Assembly (NCBI GenBank): GCA_009914755.4 | Contig: CP086569.2 | Span: forward strand, 7,200,001-7,264,000 | DNA length: 64,000 nucleotides | Source of the DNA: the human T2T-CHM13v2.0 reference genome, Homo sapiens | Direction of reading: 5' to 3' | Part shown: one piece after another, positions 1 through 12,760 of the stretch | Layout of the letters: every line of letters starts with the position of its first letter | Numbering within the stretch: the stretch's first letter is position 1 | Made by a program: the position numbers and the translations under genes | The notes under the pieces: generated by a model | Seen by the model: only the letters and a program-made list of their open reading frames with translations | The model's database searches: none | Told to the model about the DNA's origin: nothing

Positions 1-724
1 TCCACCATGAGGTTCCGGCTCTCACTGGTTCCCCAGAACCCTCTGTTTATGACTCTGTCTTCCAGCACAGTTAATCTGTCAAATGTTAATTCCAGGAGCA
101 TTTTATCAGAAAGTTCCCCACCCTGTCAACAAAGCACAAGCCTTTCCCCTAAGAAGTCACACTGCTGCCAGTAGCAGGGCTGACTGGGCTCATGCAGGTG
201 TACACACTCAGGGAGCATTACTCACCCCAGAGACAATGCAGAAGAAACCAGTGAGGACAAATTTGTTCCCATGTCCCTTTCATCATCTTGGCAAAAAGAA
301 ATGCTGAAGAATATAAAATGCTGCTTACACATGTACCTGTGTGCTTCCTCTGGGTCCCGGGGATGGCAAGTGGGAGCTGTACCTTAATGACCACAGTCCT
401 TTGACTGATCCTTTGACTGATCTCTTCAGCTGGCCAATGTCCATTTGCTTCCTTTGGAGGCCTATCATGCATCTATATTGCAGATTGTACGATCCACTGG
501 ACCCAGCAACAGATAAGTGAAGGGTTAGACACCCAGAGATAGTCTCTTAGCTCAGGATGCCCAACAAAATGTGATAGCCTGGGGAGCTTAGACCACAGAC
601 GTTTATTGCTCACAGTTCTGAAGGTTGGAGGTCCAAGATCAAAGCATGGTAGATTCAGCGTCTGGTGAGGACTTGGTTCTTGGTTCGTAGTCAGTGCCTC
701 CTTGCTGGGTCCTCACATGGTGAA

Positions 725-790
725 CAGCATGGGATGGCCAGAGAGAGGGAGGGAAGGAGGGAGGAGGGGAGAGAGAGAGAGAGAAAGAGC
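725..790. repeat. purine-rich (GA/GGA)n simple repeat
   Basis: Run 'gagagggagggaagga...gagagagagagagaaagag' read directly from the sequence. Confidence 0.6.
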
Positions 791-854
791 TTCCCTGAGT
801 ATCTTCTTATAAGGACACTAATCCTATCACATCAGGTCTCCATCCTTATGACGT

Positions 855-1222
855 TGGTATTAGCCTGTTCTCATGCTGCTAATAAAGACATACCCAAGAC
901 TGAGTAATTTATAAAGAAAAAGAGGTTTAATGGATTCACAGTTCCACATGGCTGGGAAGGCCTCACAATCATGGCAAAAGCTAAGGAGGAGCAAAGTCAC
1001 ATCTTACATGGTGGCAGCCAAGAGAGCATGCACAGGAGAATGCCTCTTTACAAAACCATCAGATCTTGTGAGGCTTATTCACTACCACAAGAACAGTATG
1101 GGAAAGACCCGCCTTCGTGATTCAATTACCTCTCACTGGGTTCCTCCCATGACACGTGGGGATTATGGGAGCTACAATTCAAGATGAGATTTAGGTGGGG
1201 ACACAGTCAAACCATAATATCA
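855..1222 (-). mobile_element. solo LTR of a MaLR (THE1/MST-type) retrotransposon
   Basis: Starts 'tggtattagcctgttctcatgctgctaataaagacataccc' and ends '...gatttaggtggggacacagtcaaaccataatatca'. This matches the reverse complement of the THE1 LTR consensus (TGATATGGTTTGGCTGTGTCC...ACTAATACA) as I recall it. Confidence 0.7.
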
Positions 1223-2126
1223 TTGAATCTTAATTATATCCTGTTAAATTAAGTTTAGCCTAAAGCTGCCTCCTCACATATTTTAAGTTAATCTCTGCAC
1301 ACAGTGCACTGTGACCTAACTGGATGTGCAAACGTGCAAACAGACTGGAATCTACTCCTGTGCCAACCACCAAGATTTGACCAATCAAAAGTGGCCAGTG
1401 GTACAAACTGTGTTAAAATAAGGTAAATGCCAAGCTGTAACCAATCCAGCTGTTTCTGTACCTCACTTTCATTTTTCTGTCCATAAATCTTTGACCATGC
1501 AGCAGCACCGGAGATTGAACCTATTCTGGTTTTCGGGGGGGCTGCCTGATTTGGGAATCATTCTTTGCTCAATCATCCTCTGTTACATTTAATTTGTCTA
1601 AGGTTTTTCTTTTAACAGACATTATTCCAAATACACCCACACTGGCAGTTAGAGCTTTGTCATATGGATGTGGGGGGAAGGGACAGAAACATTGAGACCT
1701 GAACAGATGAAAATATCCAAGATCCAGTATTCTGTGTGTTAAATGTAGGGTCCCCCTTCCATTAATTAGTCTAATAAATGGTTTGGTGAAATATTTCTCA
1801 AATGTAAAAAAAAAAAAAAGAAAAAACAAAAGAATCACCTGTATCAGGTGGTCCTTCTCAAGTTTTATGTTTTCAATTTTTCTTTTTTCTTTTTTTTTTT
1901 TTTCTTTTGCACATGGATGAAATGCAGAATGCAGTCCTATAAATAAGCTTACTCTTTTGCCAGCACTGGGCTCTTTTCCAGGTGGGCATATGGGCTAGTT
2001 GAGTATTTTTCACCTAGTCAGAGCTCAACAAAAATTAAAATAGAAAAAGTGCTGAACTGATTTAGTTATAACACAAATGGTTACAGTGTTGCATGTTTAT
2101 GGTACTGAGATAAAAGCTGAATCTGC

Positions 2127-2467
<341 letters not shown>

Positions 2468-2995
2468 TTAGTCACTGTTAACATTAGTTGTCCTTCCTGG
2501 ACCACCCTGATGGGGTTAGGTGTCAAAGGTTACTGAACTCACTTTCAGGCATGCAAACTGCAAAATGTGCACACTTAGTATCTGTTCGATAATCTGAAGA
2601 GCTGCAAATCTCCCACTAAGCTGGAAGAATGGGGTGGAGTAAATTCAGTGCAAAGCAGAGACCTGCTTGGTGTGTCCATAGGTTCATGGTTCCTTCTAGG
2701 GAAATGCATGGCCTATTCTTCATGTCTTGCCCTCAGCCATCATCACCAAGAGCTTCTTCGAGCTGAGGTCTGGAAGTGAAATGTGGGGAGCAAAATACAT
2801 CCTAACCATGGAGAGAAGGCCTTGAGTTCAGGGAGGCTCAACAGAAGAATAGCTGGGCTGCTGCTTGAGCCTGCTCTAGCTTCATCCACCTGCATGCTGC
2901 TGGCACTGGGGCTGTAGCCTGCAGCCTGTGTACCTGGGGTTTTAACCTGATCATGGCTCCTTTGCCAAACATATGGGCCCCTTGAGTCTCAGCCA

Positions 2996-3063
2996 AGGGG
3001 TCCCAAAGTGCCTCGGCCTCCCAAAGTGCTGGGATTACAGGCATGAGCCACCGTACCTGGCTA
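2996..3063 (-). mobile_element. Alu fragment (5' left-monomer piece)
   Basis: 'cctcggcctcccaaagtgctgggattacaggcatgagccaccgtacctggct' is the reverse complement of the Alu 5' end. Confidence 0.6.
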
Positions 3064-3352
3064 GTTCATAAAGATTTATTGCCTAGATTTTCCTCCAAGA
3101 ATTTTGTAATTTCACCACTAACATTTAGGTCTTTCTTCCATTTTGAGCTTATTTTTGTGTATAGTGTGAAGTAAAGGCCTGTATTAGTTTCTTAGACCTT
3201 GTGTAACACATAAGGAAAGGTTTCCTTCCATGTGCACTTTCTTCCTCCACTGGAAACTTTGCTTGGAAGTGCCTCATCTGACATTTGAGAATGTCAGATG
3301 AGTCTCAGCCATGTCCCCAATCTGGCCCTGACCTGGGTGACTCACCTTGAGA

Positions 3353-4005
3353 CTGTATGTCTATGTGTCTGTATGCATGTGTTCTGTATGAATTTGTGTA
3401 CACACATGTGTTTCTGTGTGTTCATGTTTGTATGTGTAGATGCACAAATGCATGCATTTCTGCAGGAGTGTATTATGTATGTGTGTTTGTATATGCACAT
3501 GTGTTTCTGTGTATGTGTGCATGGGTTTCTGTATTATGAATTCATGTATTTGTGGGCATGTATGTACATTCATGCAGGTAAATGTATGCATGAGTTTCTG
3601 TATGAGTTTATATATGCATGTGTTTGTGTGTATATATGTGCATGCATGCAGTTTCTGCATGAGAACATGCATGTATGCATGTGTTTATATGTATATGTGC
3701 ATGCATGCAGTTGTATGTATGCATGGGTTTCTGTATAAGTGTGTGCATGTGTGCATATACATGTGCATGCATGCAGGTGTATGTGTGCATGGATTTCTGC
3801 TTGAGTTTATGTATGCATGGGTTTGTGTGTATATATGTGCATGCATACAAATTTATGTATGCATTAATTTCTGCATAAGTTTATCTGTGCATGTGTTTGT
3901 GTGTATATATGTGCATGCATACAGTTGTATGTATGCATGTGTTTCTGTATAAATGTATGCATGTGTCTGTGTCTGCTTGTATATGTACCTGTGTCTCTGT
4001 GTGTC
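3353..4005. repeat. complex TG-rich (tgtgtatgcatg-like) tandem/low-complexity array
   Basis: About 650 bp built from recurring 'tgtatgcatgtgtttctgt' and 'gtgtatatatgtgcatgcat' motifs with ~65-75 bp quasi-periodicity. All overlapping ORFs are Cys/Met/Val-rich translation artefacts. Confidence 0.85.
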
Positions 4006-4702
4006 CTCCAAAGCAATCCTCTCTTTCCCCTCATCTCCATTTTCTTCTGCATTCTTTCTCACTCTGTAAACTGCAGTTCCCAAGAATGCGGAGATCCAGC
4101 TCATTAGGACATCCATTCTTTATAGAGTAAATTGTGCATCCAAATGGCATGTTGTTTGTATGTTGGTAACAGAGAGTTTTGAATGGGTGAAATAAGACAT
4201 AGAGGTTAATGTTAAAATCAGTCTTGAATTACAACACATCTTCAAACAGGCTTTCAACAGAAAAAAAGTTCACCAAGCTAAAATTCTGACTGATAAGTTT
4301 CAGGTTGCTTACATACCTAAAGATCAAGTTCCAAAATGCATTCAGCAAACACATCCACATTTGTGTTTTGCATCTATCAGTGGGACATGATGGATAATGG
4401 CAAAGGGTTTCTTTTGAGAACATGAACATTTTATTGGATATTTTCACTGATACCCCAGTGAAAGTAGCTCAAAAGCATATACTGTGTCTCAAATACACAC
4501 ATAAACACATACAGATTCTTGAAGCCTCTGAGAAAGTTCTATGCTTACAAATTTTACATATGGTTAAAGTCCAAGCCTGGAGGGAATGGATGGTTCTCTC
4601 CCGAAGAATAGTATAGCTTTTATTATAAATACACTCTCTGCCCAGAGATAGTTTTCAAGGTAACACAATTTGGCTCCCTAAGGATTAGAACAGGAAAAAT
4701 GT

Positions 4703-6838
4703 TGATATGGTTTGGCTGTGTCCCCACCCAAATCTCACCTTGAATCATAGCTCCCACAATTTTCACATGTTGTGGAAGGGACCCAGTGGAAGGTAATTGA
4801 ATCATGGGAGTGGGTCTTTCTTGTGCTGTTCCTTGATAGTGAATAAGTCACATGAGATCTGATGGTTTTATAAGATGGAGTTCTCTGAACAAGCTCTCTT
4901 GCCTGCCACCATGTAAGATGTGCCTTCGTGTCCTTCACCTTCTGCCATAATTGTGAGGTCTTCCCAGCCAAGTGGAACTGAGTCCATTAAGACTCTTTTT
5001 TTTTTTTGTAACTTACCCCGTCTCAGGTACATCTTTGTTAGCAGCATGAGAACAGACAAATACAAATGTCATTGTGACAACTATTGTGCATGAAGCACCT
5101 ATCTGATTAGGGCAACTGAGGGATACATGCATGAGAAGCCCTTGCCACAACCAGGAAATCATCCATAAAAGTATAGCAGAGAAATAAGTCCTTCCCTGGG
5201 CCAATAGAAGCAGCCAGTGCAGGTATTAGGCATAAGAACTGCTGACATGCTGCTCGATTTATAATCCTGGAAGATGTCTGTGCTGTGCTCTGGGACTCTG
5301 GGCACACACCTGTACCTCAATCCTTCCATGGGCTGATGTCAGCAGTCTGGAACCTGCAGGCAAAAGCTGAAAGCCATGGGGATAAGAAACTGCCCTGTAT
5401 GTGGGCACTTGGTAGGGTATCTTAGATCCTTTATTGGCTTTATCTGTCACCTTTCTCCCCCTGAAAAGCTATCTGATGGGGTGTTTGTAGCATCACTGCA
5501 AAATCTCCATGTGTCACCATCTGGAGAAGAAAAAATAAAGGACATTCTTGAAAAATGTAATCTTTGCAGGCACATACTTTCTGAATATGACCTCTTGCAT
5601 CTACAAAGAGACTCTCATCAGGAGGCCAGATTTACAAACTTTTCTTTGGGAAAAAATTGGAAAAGATAACAAAAACACAGGAAATTTTCTCAAAGTGACC
5701 CTTGGAAAATCTGGTTGTTGATGGTTAATGTATTGGGGCTATTCTTAGGATATTACTGGTGAAGCCACTTCTTGGACATGAAGGGCTAGCCAGCAACACC
5801 TTTGGAGATGGTCGGCTGGAGAAAGCCACTGGCTTCACTTGTGTGCTTTTGCCAAACTGGTTTTTGCCAAATTGGCTTGTCTGTCACCCTCCTGGTAAAT
5901 ACAGTCTTCTTAGCAGGGGCCCACATTCTGCATGGGTACAGATAGGGTGAAGGTGCCATTGGACTCAGTTGTCTGGATGGCTGACTGCATGCAGAAATTC
6001 CTGAGCAGAGAAAGGCCCAAAAAGATCTCATGTTTTCCACTCTGCATGTACATTAGATGGTCTAGAAAAAGTTTTAGAAGCTTAGGATAATTTCTTGGCC
6101 ATGCCACCAGACACAGGTGACAAAAGCCAAAAAGAAAAACAGGTAAACTGGACTGCACAAAACAACAACAACAACAAAACTTTTGTTCATCAGAAGACAC
6201 AAGCAAAAGGTTAAAAAAAAAACAAACCAAAACAAACAAAAAACAAAATACAGAATGAAAATATACATTATATTTGCCAATCATATATCTGATAAGGGAT
6301 ATATTTGTTAGCATTCTCCAGAAAAACTGAAACAACAGGACAGATAGCTATATATAGCTATAGCTATTAGATACAGATAACATTTATTATGGGAATTGGC
6401 TCAAATTATTATGGAGGCTAAGTCCCACCCACCATATTCTACAAGTTGAATAGCTAGATAAACTGGTCGATATGGTTTTTCTGTGTCCCCCACCAAATCT
6501 CATCTTGAACTGTAGCTGCCATATAATTCCCATGTGTTGTGGGAGGGACCTGGTAGGAGATAATTGAATCATGAGGGCAGTTTCCCCCAGACTGTTCTCA
6601 TGGTAGTGAATAAGTCTCATGAGATCTGATGGTTTAGTAAGGGAACCCCTTTTGCTTGGCTCTCATTTTCACTTGACTGTTTCCATGGAAGATGTGCCTT
6701 TCACCTTCTGTCATGATTGTGAGGCCGCCGCAGGCACGTGAAACTTTGAGTCCGTTAAACCTCTTTTTTTTTAAAAAAAGAATAAATTACCTGGTGTTGG
6801 ATATGTCTTTATCAGCAGCATGAAAACAGACTAATACA
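4703..6838 (+). mobile_element. complete MaLR (THE1/MST-type) element: 5' LTR 4703-5064, internal 5065-6467, 3' LTR 6468-6838
   Basis: Two direct LTR copies, 'tgatatggtttggctgtgtccccacccaaatctca...' and 'gatatggtttttctgtgtcccccaccaaatctcatcttgaa...'. Both end in '...gcagcatgagaacagacaaataca' / '...gcagcatgaaaacagactaataca', with ~1.4 kb between them. This is the classic ~2.1-2.3 kb THE1 layout. Confidence 0.7.
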
Positions 6839-7088
6839 CCTGTGGTGTAAGTCAATCCAAATCCTAAAGTCTAAGAACAAGGGGTGCCCTTGGTACAACT
6901 CCCAATCCTAAATGGTCCTTACCAAAAGTATTTAGTGAAACCACAACCCAACACTACCTCACCCTCAGCAATCACTCAAGGAATAAAATCAGGCTTTGCA
7001 CGACTTTTCACATCCACGTCAGGAAAGAATATTTCTAAATGGTCTCAGCTTCCAATCATCACACAAATGTTTCATTAAAGAAAGATGA

Positions 7089-9560
7089 GGGGGCGGGGCC
7101 AAGATGGCCGACTAGAAGCTGCCGCGTTCAGAGGCTCCCATGGAGAAAACTATAAAAAGCATGCGAATCCTTCACCAACAACCAAGGCACCCAGGTTCTC
7201 TCATCAAAATTGACTAGAAGGCCTGTGTGACCCACGGAGAGAAGGAAGAATAGTGTGGTGCGGCGGCCCACCTGAGAGTCACACAGGGAAGGGGAACCCC
7301 CTCCCCTCAGCCAAGGGAGGTGGTGAGTGAGCCTGCTACCCAGCCGGGGAAACTGTGCTCTCTCCACAGAACTATACAACCCATGGATCGGAAGATCCCA
7401 CTCATGAGCCCAAAACCCATGCCACCGGGACCTAGTGTCTCAACCCCGGAATGGCAGATTCTTACAGCCTCTCAGCTGGAATCTGCTTAAGCCTACCGAA
7501 CTCCTGGGGGGAGGGGCGACCAGCACCAGCTGCAGCTGCCTGCTGTCTAGGCTGTCTGCTGTCTAAACCATTTGAGCTCTTTGGGGGAGAGGCAGCAGCC
7601 AGCTCTTTGGGGGAGGGGCAGCAGCCAGTTTTTGCAACTCGAAACTGCCTAGCATGCTAAGCTCCCTGGGCAGGGGAAGGTTGGCACACATTTCTATAGC
7701 TCCAGGCTGTGCTTTCCCCTGTTGGAGCCAGGGAGGCTGGATGGCTTGGTCCCAAGACTTGTCCCCACAGCCCAACACACTGGCTGTGGCAATCTGTGGC
7801 CAGAGTGCCTCTTCAGGCCTAACCCTGACCCATTCTTCCTCAATGGGTGAGGCTTTCCTTCAGGATCTCCAATAACTCCATCCAGAGGCTCAGGGACAGA
7901 ATTTGGATCTCCCTGGGCCTGAGCAGCTAGTGGGAGGGGTGGCCACAGTCTATGTGGACCAGCAGACTTAGCCTCTCCTCCTGGTAGCTATGAGGAATCC
8001 GGAAGCCCAGATGAGTGAGATTCCCCCCAGTGAAGCACACTGCCTCCACTGAGGGACAAAGTGCTTCATTAAATGGGGCCTGCTCCCCATGCCACCCAAC
8101 TGGATGAGACCCTCCAACAGGGGTTGTCAGACGGCCTACTGGCATCAGGTTGGTGCCCTCCAAGGACAGAGGTCCCAGAAGAAGGAGCAGGCATGATCTT
8201 TGCTTTTTCCAGCCTCCTTGAGTGACATCTCCAGGCATGGGAGTGAATCAGATGAATAGAGCCTGAAGTGAACCCCCAGCAAACTGCAGCAGCCCTACAG
8301 AAGAGGGATCTGATTATTGAAAGCAAAACAAACACGCAGAAAGCAACAACAACAGCATCAACAACAAAAACAACAAAGCCCCTACAAAAACCCCATCTAA
8401 GGGTCAGTGGCCACAAAGAGCGAAGCTAGACAAACTCACAAGAAAGAATAACAAAAAAAATGCTGAAAACCCAAAAGGCCAGAGTGCCTCTTCTCCTTCA
8501 AATGATTACAACGTCTCTCCATCAAGGACACAGAACTGGACGGAGGATCAGATGGATGAATTAACAGAATTAGGCTTCAGAAGATGGGTAATAAAGAACT
8601 ACACTGAGCTAAAAGAGCATTTTCTAACCCAATGCAAAGAAGCTAAGAAACTTGATAAAAGGTTTGATGAACTGCTAACTAGAATAATCAGTTTAGAGAG
8701 GAATATAAGTGACCTAATGGAGCTGAAAAATACAGCACAAGAACTTCATGACGCATACACAAGCATCAACAGCTGAATCAATCAAGCAGAAGAGAGGATA
8801 TCTGAGGTTGAAGACCTCCTTGCTGAAAAAAGACATGCAGACAAGATGCGAGAAAAGAGAATGAAAATGAATAAACAAAGCCTCTAAGAAATATAAGACT
8901 TTGTAAAAAGACCAAACCTACGATTGAGTGGAGTACCAAAAGCAGATGGGGAGAATGGAAACAAGCTGGAAAACACACTTCAGGATATTAACCAGGAGAA
9001 CTTCCTCAACCTAGAAAGACAGGCCAACATCCAAATTTAGGAAATACAGAAAACACCACTAAGATACTCCATGAGAACATCAACCCCAAGACACATAATC
9101 ATCAGATTCCCTAAGGTTGAAATGAAAGAAAAACTTTAAGGACAGCCAGAGAGAAAGGCCAGGTCGCCTACAAAGGGAAGCCCATCAGACTAACAGTGGA
9201 TGTCTCACCAGAAACTCTATAAGCCAGAAGAGATTAGGGGCCAATACTGAACATTCTTAAAGGAAAGGATTTTCAACCTAGAATTTCATATCCAGTGAAA
9301 CTAAGCTTCAGAAGTGAAGAAGAAATAAAATCCTTTCCAGACAAGCAAATTCTGAAGGAATTTTTTGCTACCAGGCCTGCCCTGCAAGAGATCCTGAAAG
9401 AAGCACGATGTATGGAAAGGAAAAATAGGTACCAGCCACTGAAAAACCCACCAAAATATAAAGACCAATGATACTACGTAGAAACTGCATCAACGAGTGT
9501 GCATCAAGTAGAATGTCCTCCAGGTTCATCTATGTTGCAGAAAATGACAGAGTCTCCTTT
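7089..9560 (+). mobile_element. LINE-1 5'UTR plus degenerate ORF1 (older primate L1P/L1PB-like), 3' portion missing
   Basis: Starts 'gggggcggggccaagatggccgactagaagctgc', homologous to the L1 5'UTR start GGGGGAGGAGCCAAGATGGCCGAATAGGAACAGCTCC. Downstream ORF1 is broken by several stop codons. Confidence 0.75.
8430..9480 (+). pseudogene. L1 ORF1p pseudogene (multiple stops)
   Basis: ORF 8552-8776 translates to 'MDELTELGFRRWVIKNYTELKEHFLTQCKEAKKLDKRFDELLTRIISLERNISDLMELKNTAQELHDAYTSINS', a recognisable L1 ORF1p coiled-coil/RRM region. The reading frame then collapses, with stops inside 'RLIGVPESDGENG'-like and 'KGKPIRLTADLSAETLQARR'-like segments. Confidence 0.8.
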
Positions 9561-9654
9561 TTCCCTTCTTTGTTTATTAACACATTTCCTGTTTAGAAAA
9601 AAAAAATGCATCTCACTGCCTGGGCAGTATTCTCAGGACAAAGTAGAATGCTTT

Positions 9655-9750
9655 AAAGCTGAATAATATTCCATTGTGTGCATAGAGCACAGTTTCTTCA
9701 TTCCTCTGTCCATGGACACTTTGCTTGTTTCCATAGCTTGGCTACTGTGA
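9655..9750 (-). mobile_element. short L1 ORF2 C-terminal fragment (old L1M-type), inverted relative to the adjacent L1
   Basis: 'aataatattccattgtgtgcatagagcacagtttcttcattcctctgtccatggacactttgcttgtttccatagcttggctactgtgaa' resembles the reverse complement of the L1 ORF2 end. Confidence 0.5.
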
Positions 9751-10394
9751 AGTCCCCGGCGTTTCTGCTCCATCGGATCTGGAGTGGAGTTGGCATCTTT
9801 GTTGCTAAGATGGGCATAGGTGATGCTGAGGCTGTTTTTGCAGAGGCCACACTTGCAGATCCACAGGTTTGGATGCTGCCTTCTCTGCTGAGCAGGTACA
9901 GTGAGAATCTATGCTCATCTTGATCGCTGGTAAAATGGGTGGGTTGAATCATGAGAACAACAAGCCAGCCAAACTCCTCTGCCTCCTTAAACCCTTCTAA
10001 GAAGTCCTGAGTTATGGAATTTTGACCATGCTTTGCAGACCCGTGCATGCTCCTAGAGTGCTGGGCTCACGTGCAGGTACCTGCCTAAGACAGATGCATC
10101 CAGGCATAGAGCATCACTAAGAACTAAGTCCCTGGTGGGCAAGGCAGCCTTTGTCTTGTTGGACTGCATGTCCCAGCAACTCAAGCGTTAGAGGTTTAGA
10201 ATTGCCTTGCCTGTGATTCCCCCTCTCACCTCTTGGGGCTCACTCGTCGGCAGAGTAATGCTGATCTGCAAGCATCCGCCTCCTCTTATGTTTCTTCCTA
10301 TGGGTTCCAGGGGTGAGCAGGGCAAGTGCACATGGAATACAGCCACAAGTTTCATCACAGTAGCCCGGGGCAGAGTGAAAACCCAGCCACTGAT

Positions 10395-12175
10395 GCATGC
10401 ATATGCACACACACAGAGACACACTCCAACATGCCCAGGCACACACAGGTATCTATACACACACAGAAAGATGTGCATGGACTTACATATATAGACACAC
10501 ATATATACACACACACACGCAGAGAGACACAGTCATGCCCAGGCACACACACAGGTATCTATACACACACAGACATGCAAAGACTTACATGTGCAGAAAC
10601 ACATATACAAACACACAGAGACACACTCGGACATGCTCGGGCACACACACACACATATCTATATACATACAGACAGACGTGCACAGACTTACATATACAG
10701 ACAAACATATATACACACACAGAGGCGTACACACACCAAAACACTCAGACATGCCTGTGCACACACACAGATATCTATGCACACACAGACAGATGTGCAC
10801 ACACTTCCATATACAAATACACATTTACAGACACACACATGCACAGACACATGGGCAGATAAACACGGCACTTTCAAACACAATCAGATACATACATAGG
10901 TATCCACACACACTGACACACACAGACTTACATATACAGATACACATATACAAATGGACACACACGTACACAGAGACACTCATGACATGCTCACACACAC
11001 AGGTATCTATACACACACAGACAGATGTGCACAGATGTACATATACAGACACACATACAGACACACACAGAGACACACAGGCAAACAGACACTCTCAGAC
11101 ATGCTGGCACATACACAGGTATCTATAATACACACAGAAACACACATACATACACAGACACATATATACAAACAGACACACACATGCACAGAGACACACT
11201 TGGACATGCTCAGGCACACACATAGGTATCTATACACACAGACAGACATGCACAGACTTACTTATACAGACACACATACACACACATGCACATAGAGACA
11301 CACAGGCAAACAGGCACTCTCAGCAACACCTGGGCACATACACAGGTATCTATAAACACACAGAAACACGTATACTTACATATACAGACACACATATACA
11401 AATAGACACTAACATGCACACAGAGACACACAGGCAGACAAACACACAGACACTCAGACACAGTTGGGTACACACATGGACATCTACATACACACACGGA
11501 CAGACACACAGAGACATATATACACACATGCATATATACACAGACACGCATAACCACAGACATACTTAGAACACATATGCACATACTCATCCACACATAC
11601 AGGCATACACACAGAGACACACGTAAAACACACAGTACACTATCACAGTGCATACATACCCACAGACATACATGAATACATACAGAAACACACACACATA
11701 CATACATGTGCACACATAAATGCACAGGACACAGACACATATGCACACACAGAGACACACATGCAGATGCACACAAACACTCTCTCAGACGGGCACACAC
11801 ACAGGCATCTATATAGGCACAGGCACACAGCGACATATATATACGCATACCTATGTCACAAACAGACACACAGAGAACATATATGCACATACTCATACAC
11901 ACATACATGCATATGCACAGAGATATATAAAAAAGACACAGCACACCTGTCACAATGTACACCCATACACAGACACCCATGAATACATACAAGAATACAC
12001 ACACAGACGTGTATTCATGCAGACACACACATACACAAGACACAGATACACATACATGCTCACAGAGACATACAGGGGCATATACACAGACATATACACA
12101 TGCATACACACACCAAACCACACAGATACACACAGAACAGACACCGAGGCACACAGACACCCACACCCAGCCACT
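10395..12175. repeat. CA-rich compound tandem repeat with ~106-120 bp higher-order periodicity (about 10 clear units, then degenerate CA-rich)
   Basis: The motif 'cacacaggtatctatacacacacagacagatgtgcacagacttacatatacagacacacatatacaaa...gacatgctcaggcacaca' recurs near 10447, 10553, 10655, 10773, 10893, 11002, 11118, 11226 and 11344. The long ORFs here (243 aa, 307 aa and others) are repeat translations. Confidence 0.85.
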
Positions 12176-12424
12176 CACCATCTTTGCTAAGGGGAACAGT
12201 ACTTTCAGAGTCTTCAGACCTACTTACAGCCGCATCCCTCCTTACATGAACTGGATCCCACATGCCGCCGATACACCCAGCCCTGTGACCATCAGAGGCC
12301 CTGTCTCCCCTTTCTTGAGGGAGCCACCCCCTACCTGGCTCTCAAACTCATTCTCTACCTGGAAAACATAAAGCTCTTCTATGACCGTCCACACCATCGT
12401 CCAGCAAGCCTACTGGACACACAA

Positions 12425-12760
12425 CCGCACTTTAGCGTCCAGCTCCTTCCGGAACCTCCCTAAAGGAATCTAAACAAGGACCACTCCAAGCCGCAGCGTG
12501 GAAAGCCGCCGTGGTGCTACCAGGCGCTACCGTGGTCCGTCTACCATGTGGCGTCCACAGTCCGTTGAGACTCCGGCAGGAAGCCTCGTCCCTGGCAGTA
12601 GACAGAGCCTTTTCCCCAAGCTTTCCTGGCTGCCGACATCCCGCTGCTTGGTGTCCACCGCCCTCTGCTTGGGAGGGAGATGAGAGCCCGGCCAGCGAGC
12701 TACCGCACATGGCTCCTGGGTCCCGCACGCTGGCCGGGAAAGGAAGCACCTTAATTAAAC
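12425..12760. other. CpG-rich, non-CpG-depleted unique block (CpG-island-like) between two tandem-repeat arrays
   Basis: About 20 CpG in ~260 bp ('ccgcagcgtggaaagccgccgtggtgctaccaggcgctaccgtggtccgtc...ccggccagcgagctaccgcacatggctcctgggtcccgcacgctggccggg') at ~60% GC. Surrounding DNA is strongly CpG-depleted. Confidence 0.4.

Noticed and set aside
3298-4130. Cluster of overlapping 60-170 aa ORFs on both strands (e.g. 3440-3952, 170 aa)
   Set aside because: They are translations of the TG-rich repeat (Cys/Met/Val/His-rich and periodic). They are not genes.
10188-12371. Long ORFs over the CA-rich array (10397-11128 + 243 aa; 11258-12181 - 307 aa; 11720-12190 + 156 aa)
   Set aside because: These are pure repeat translations (HTHTQRDT... 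and CVCVCV...). There is no start context or complexity.
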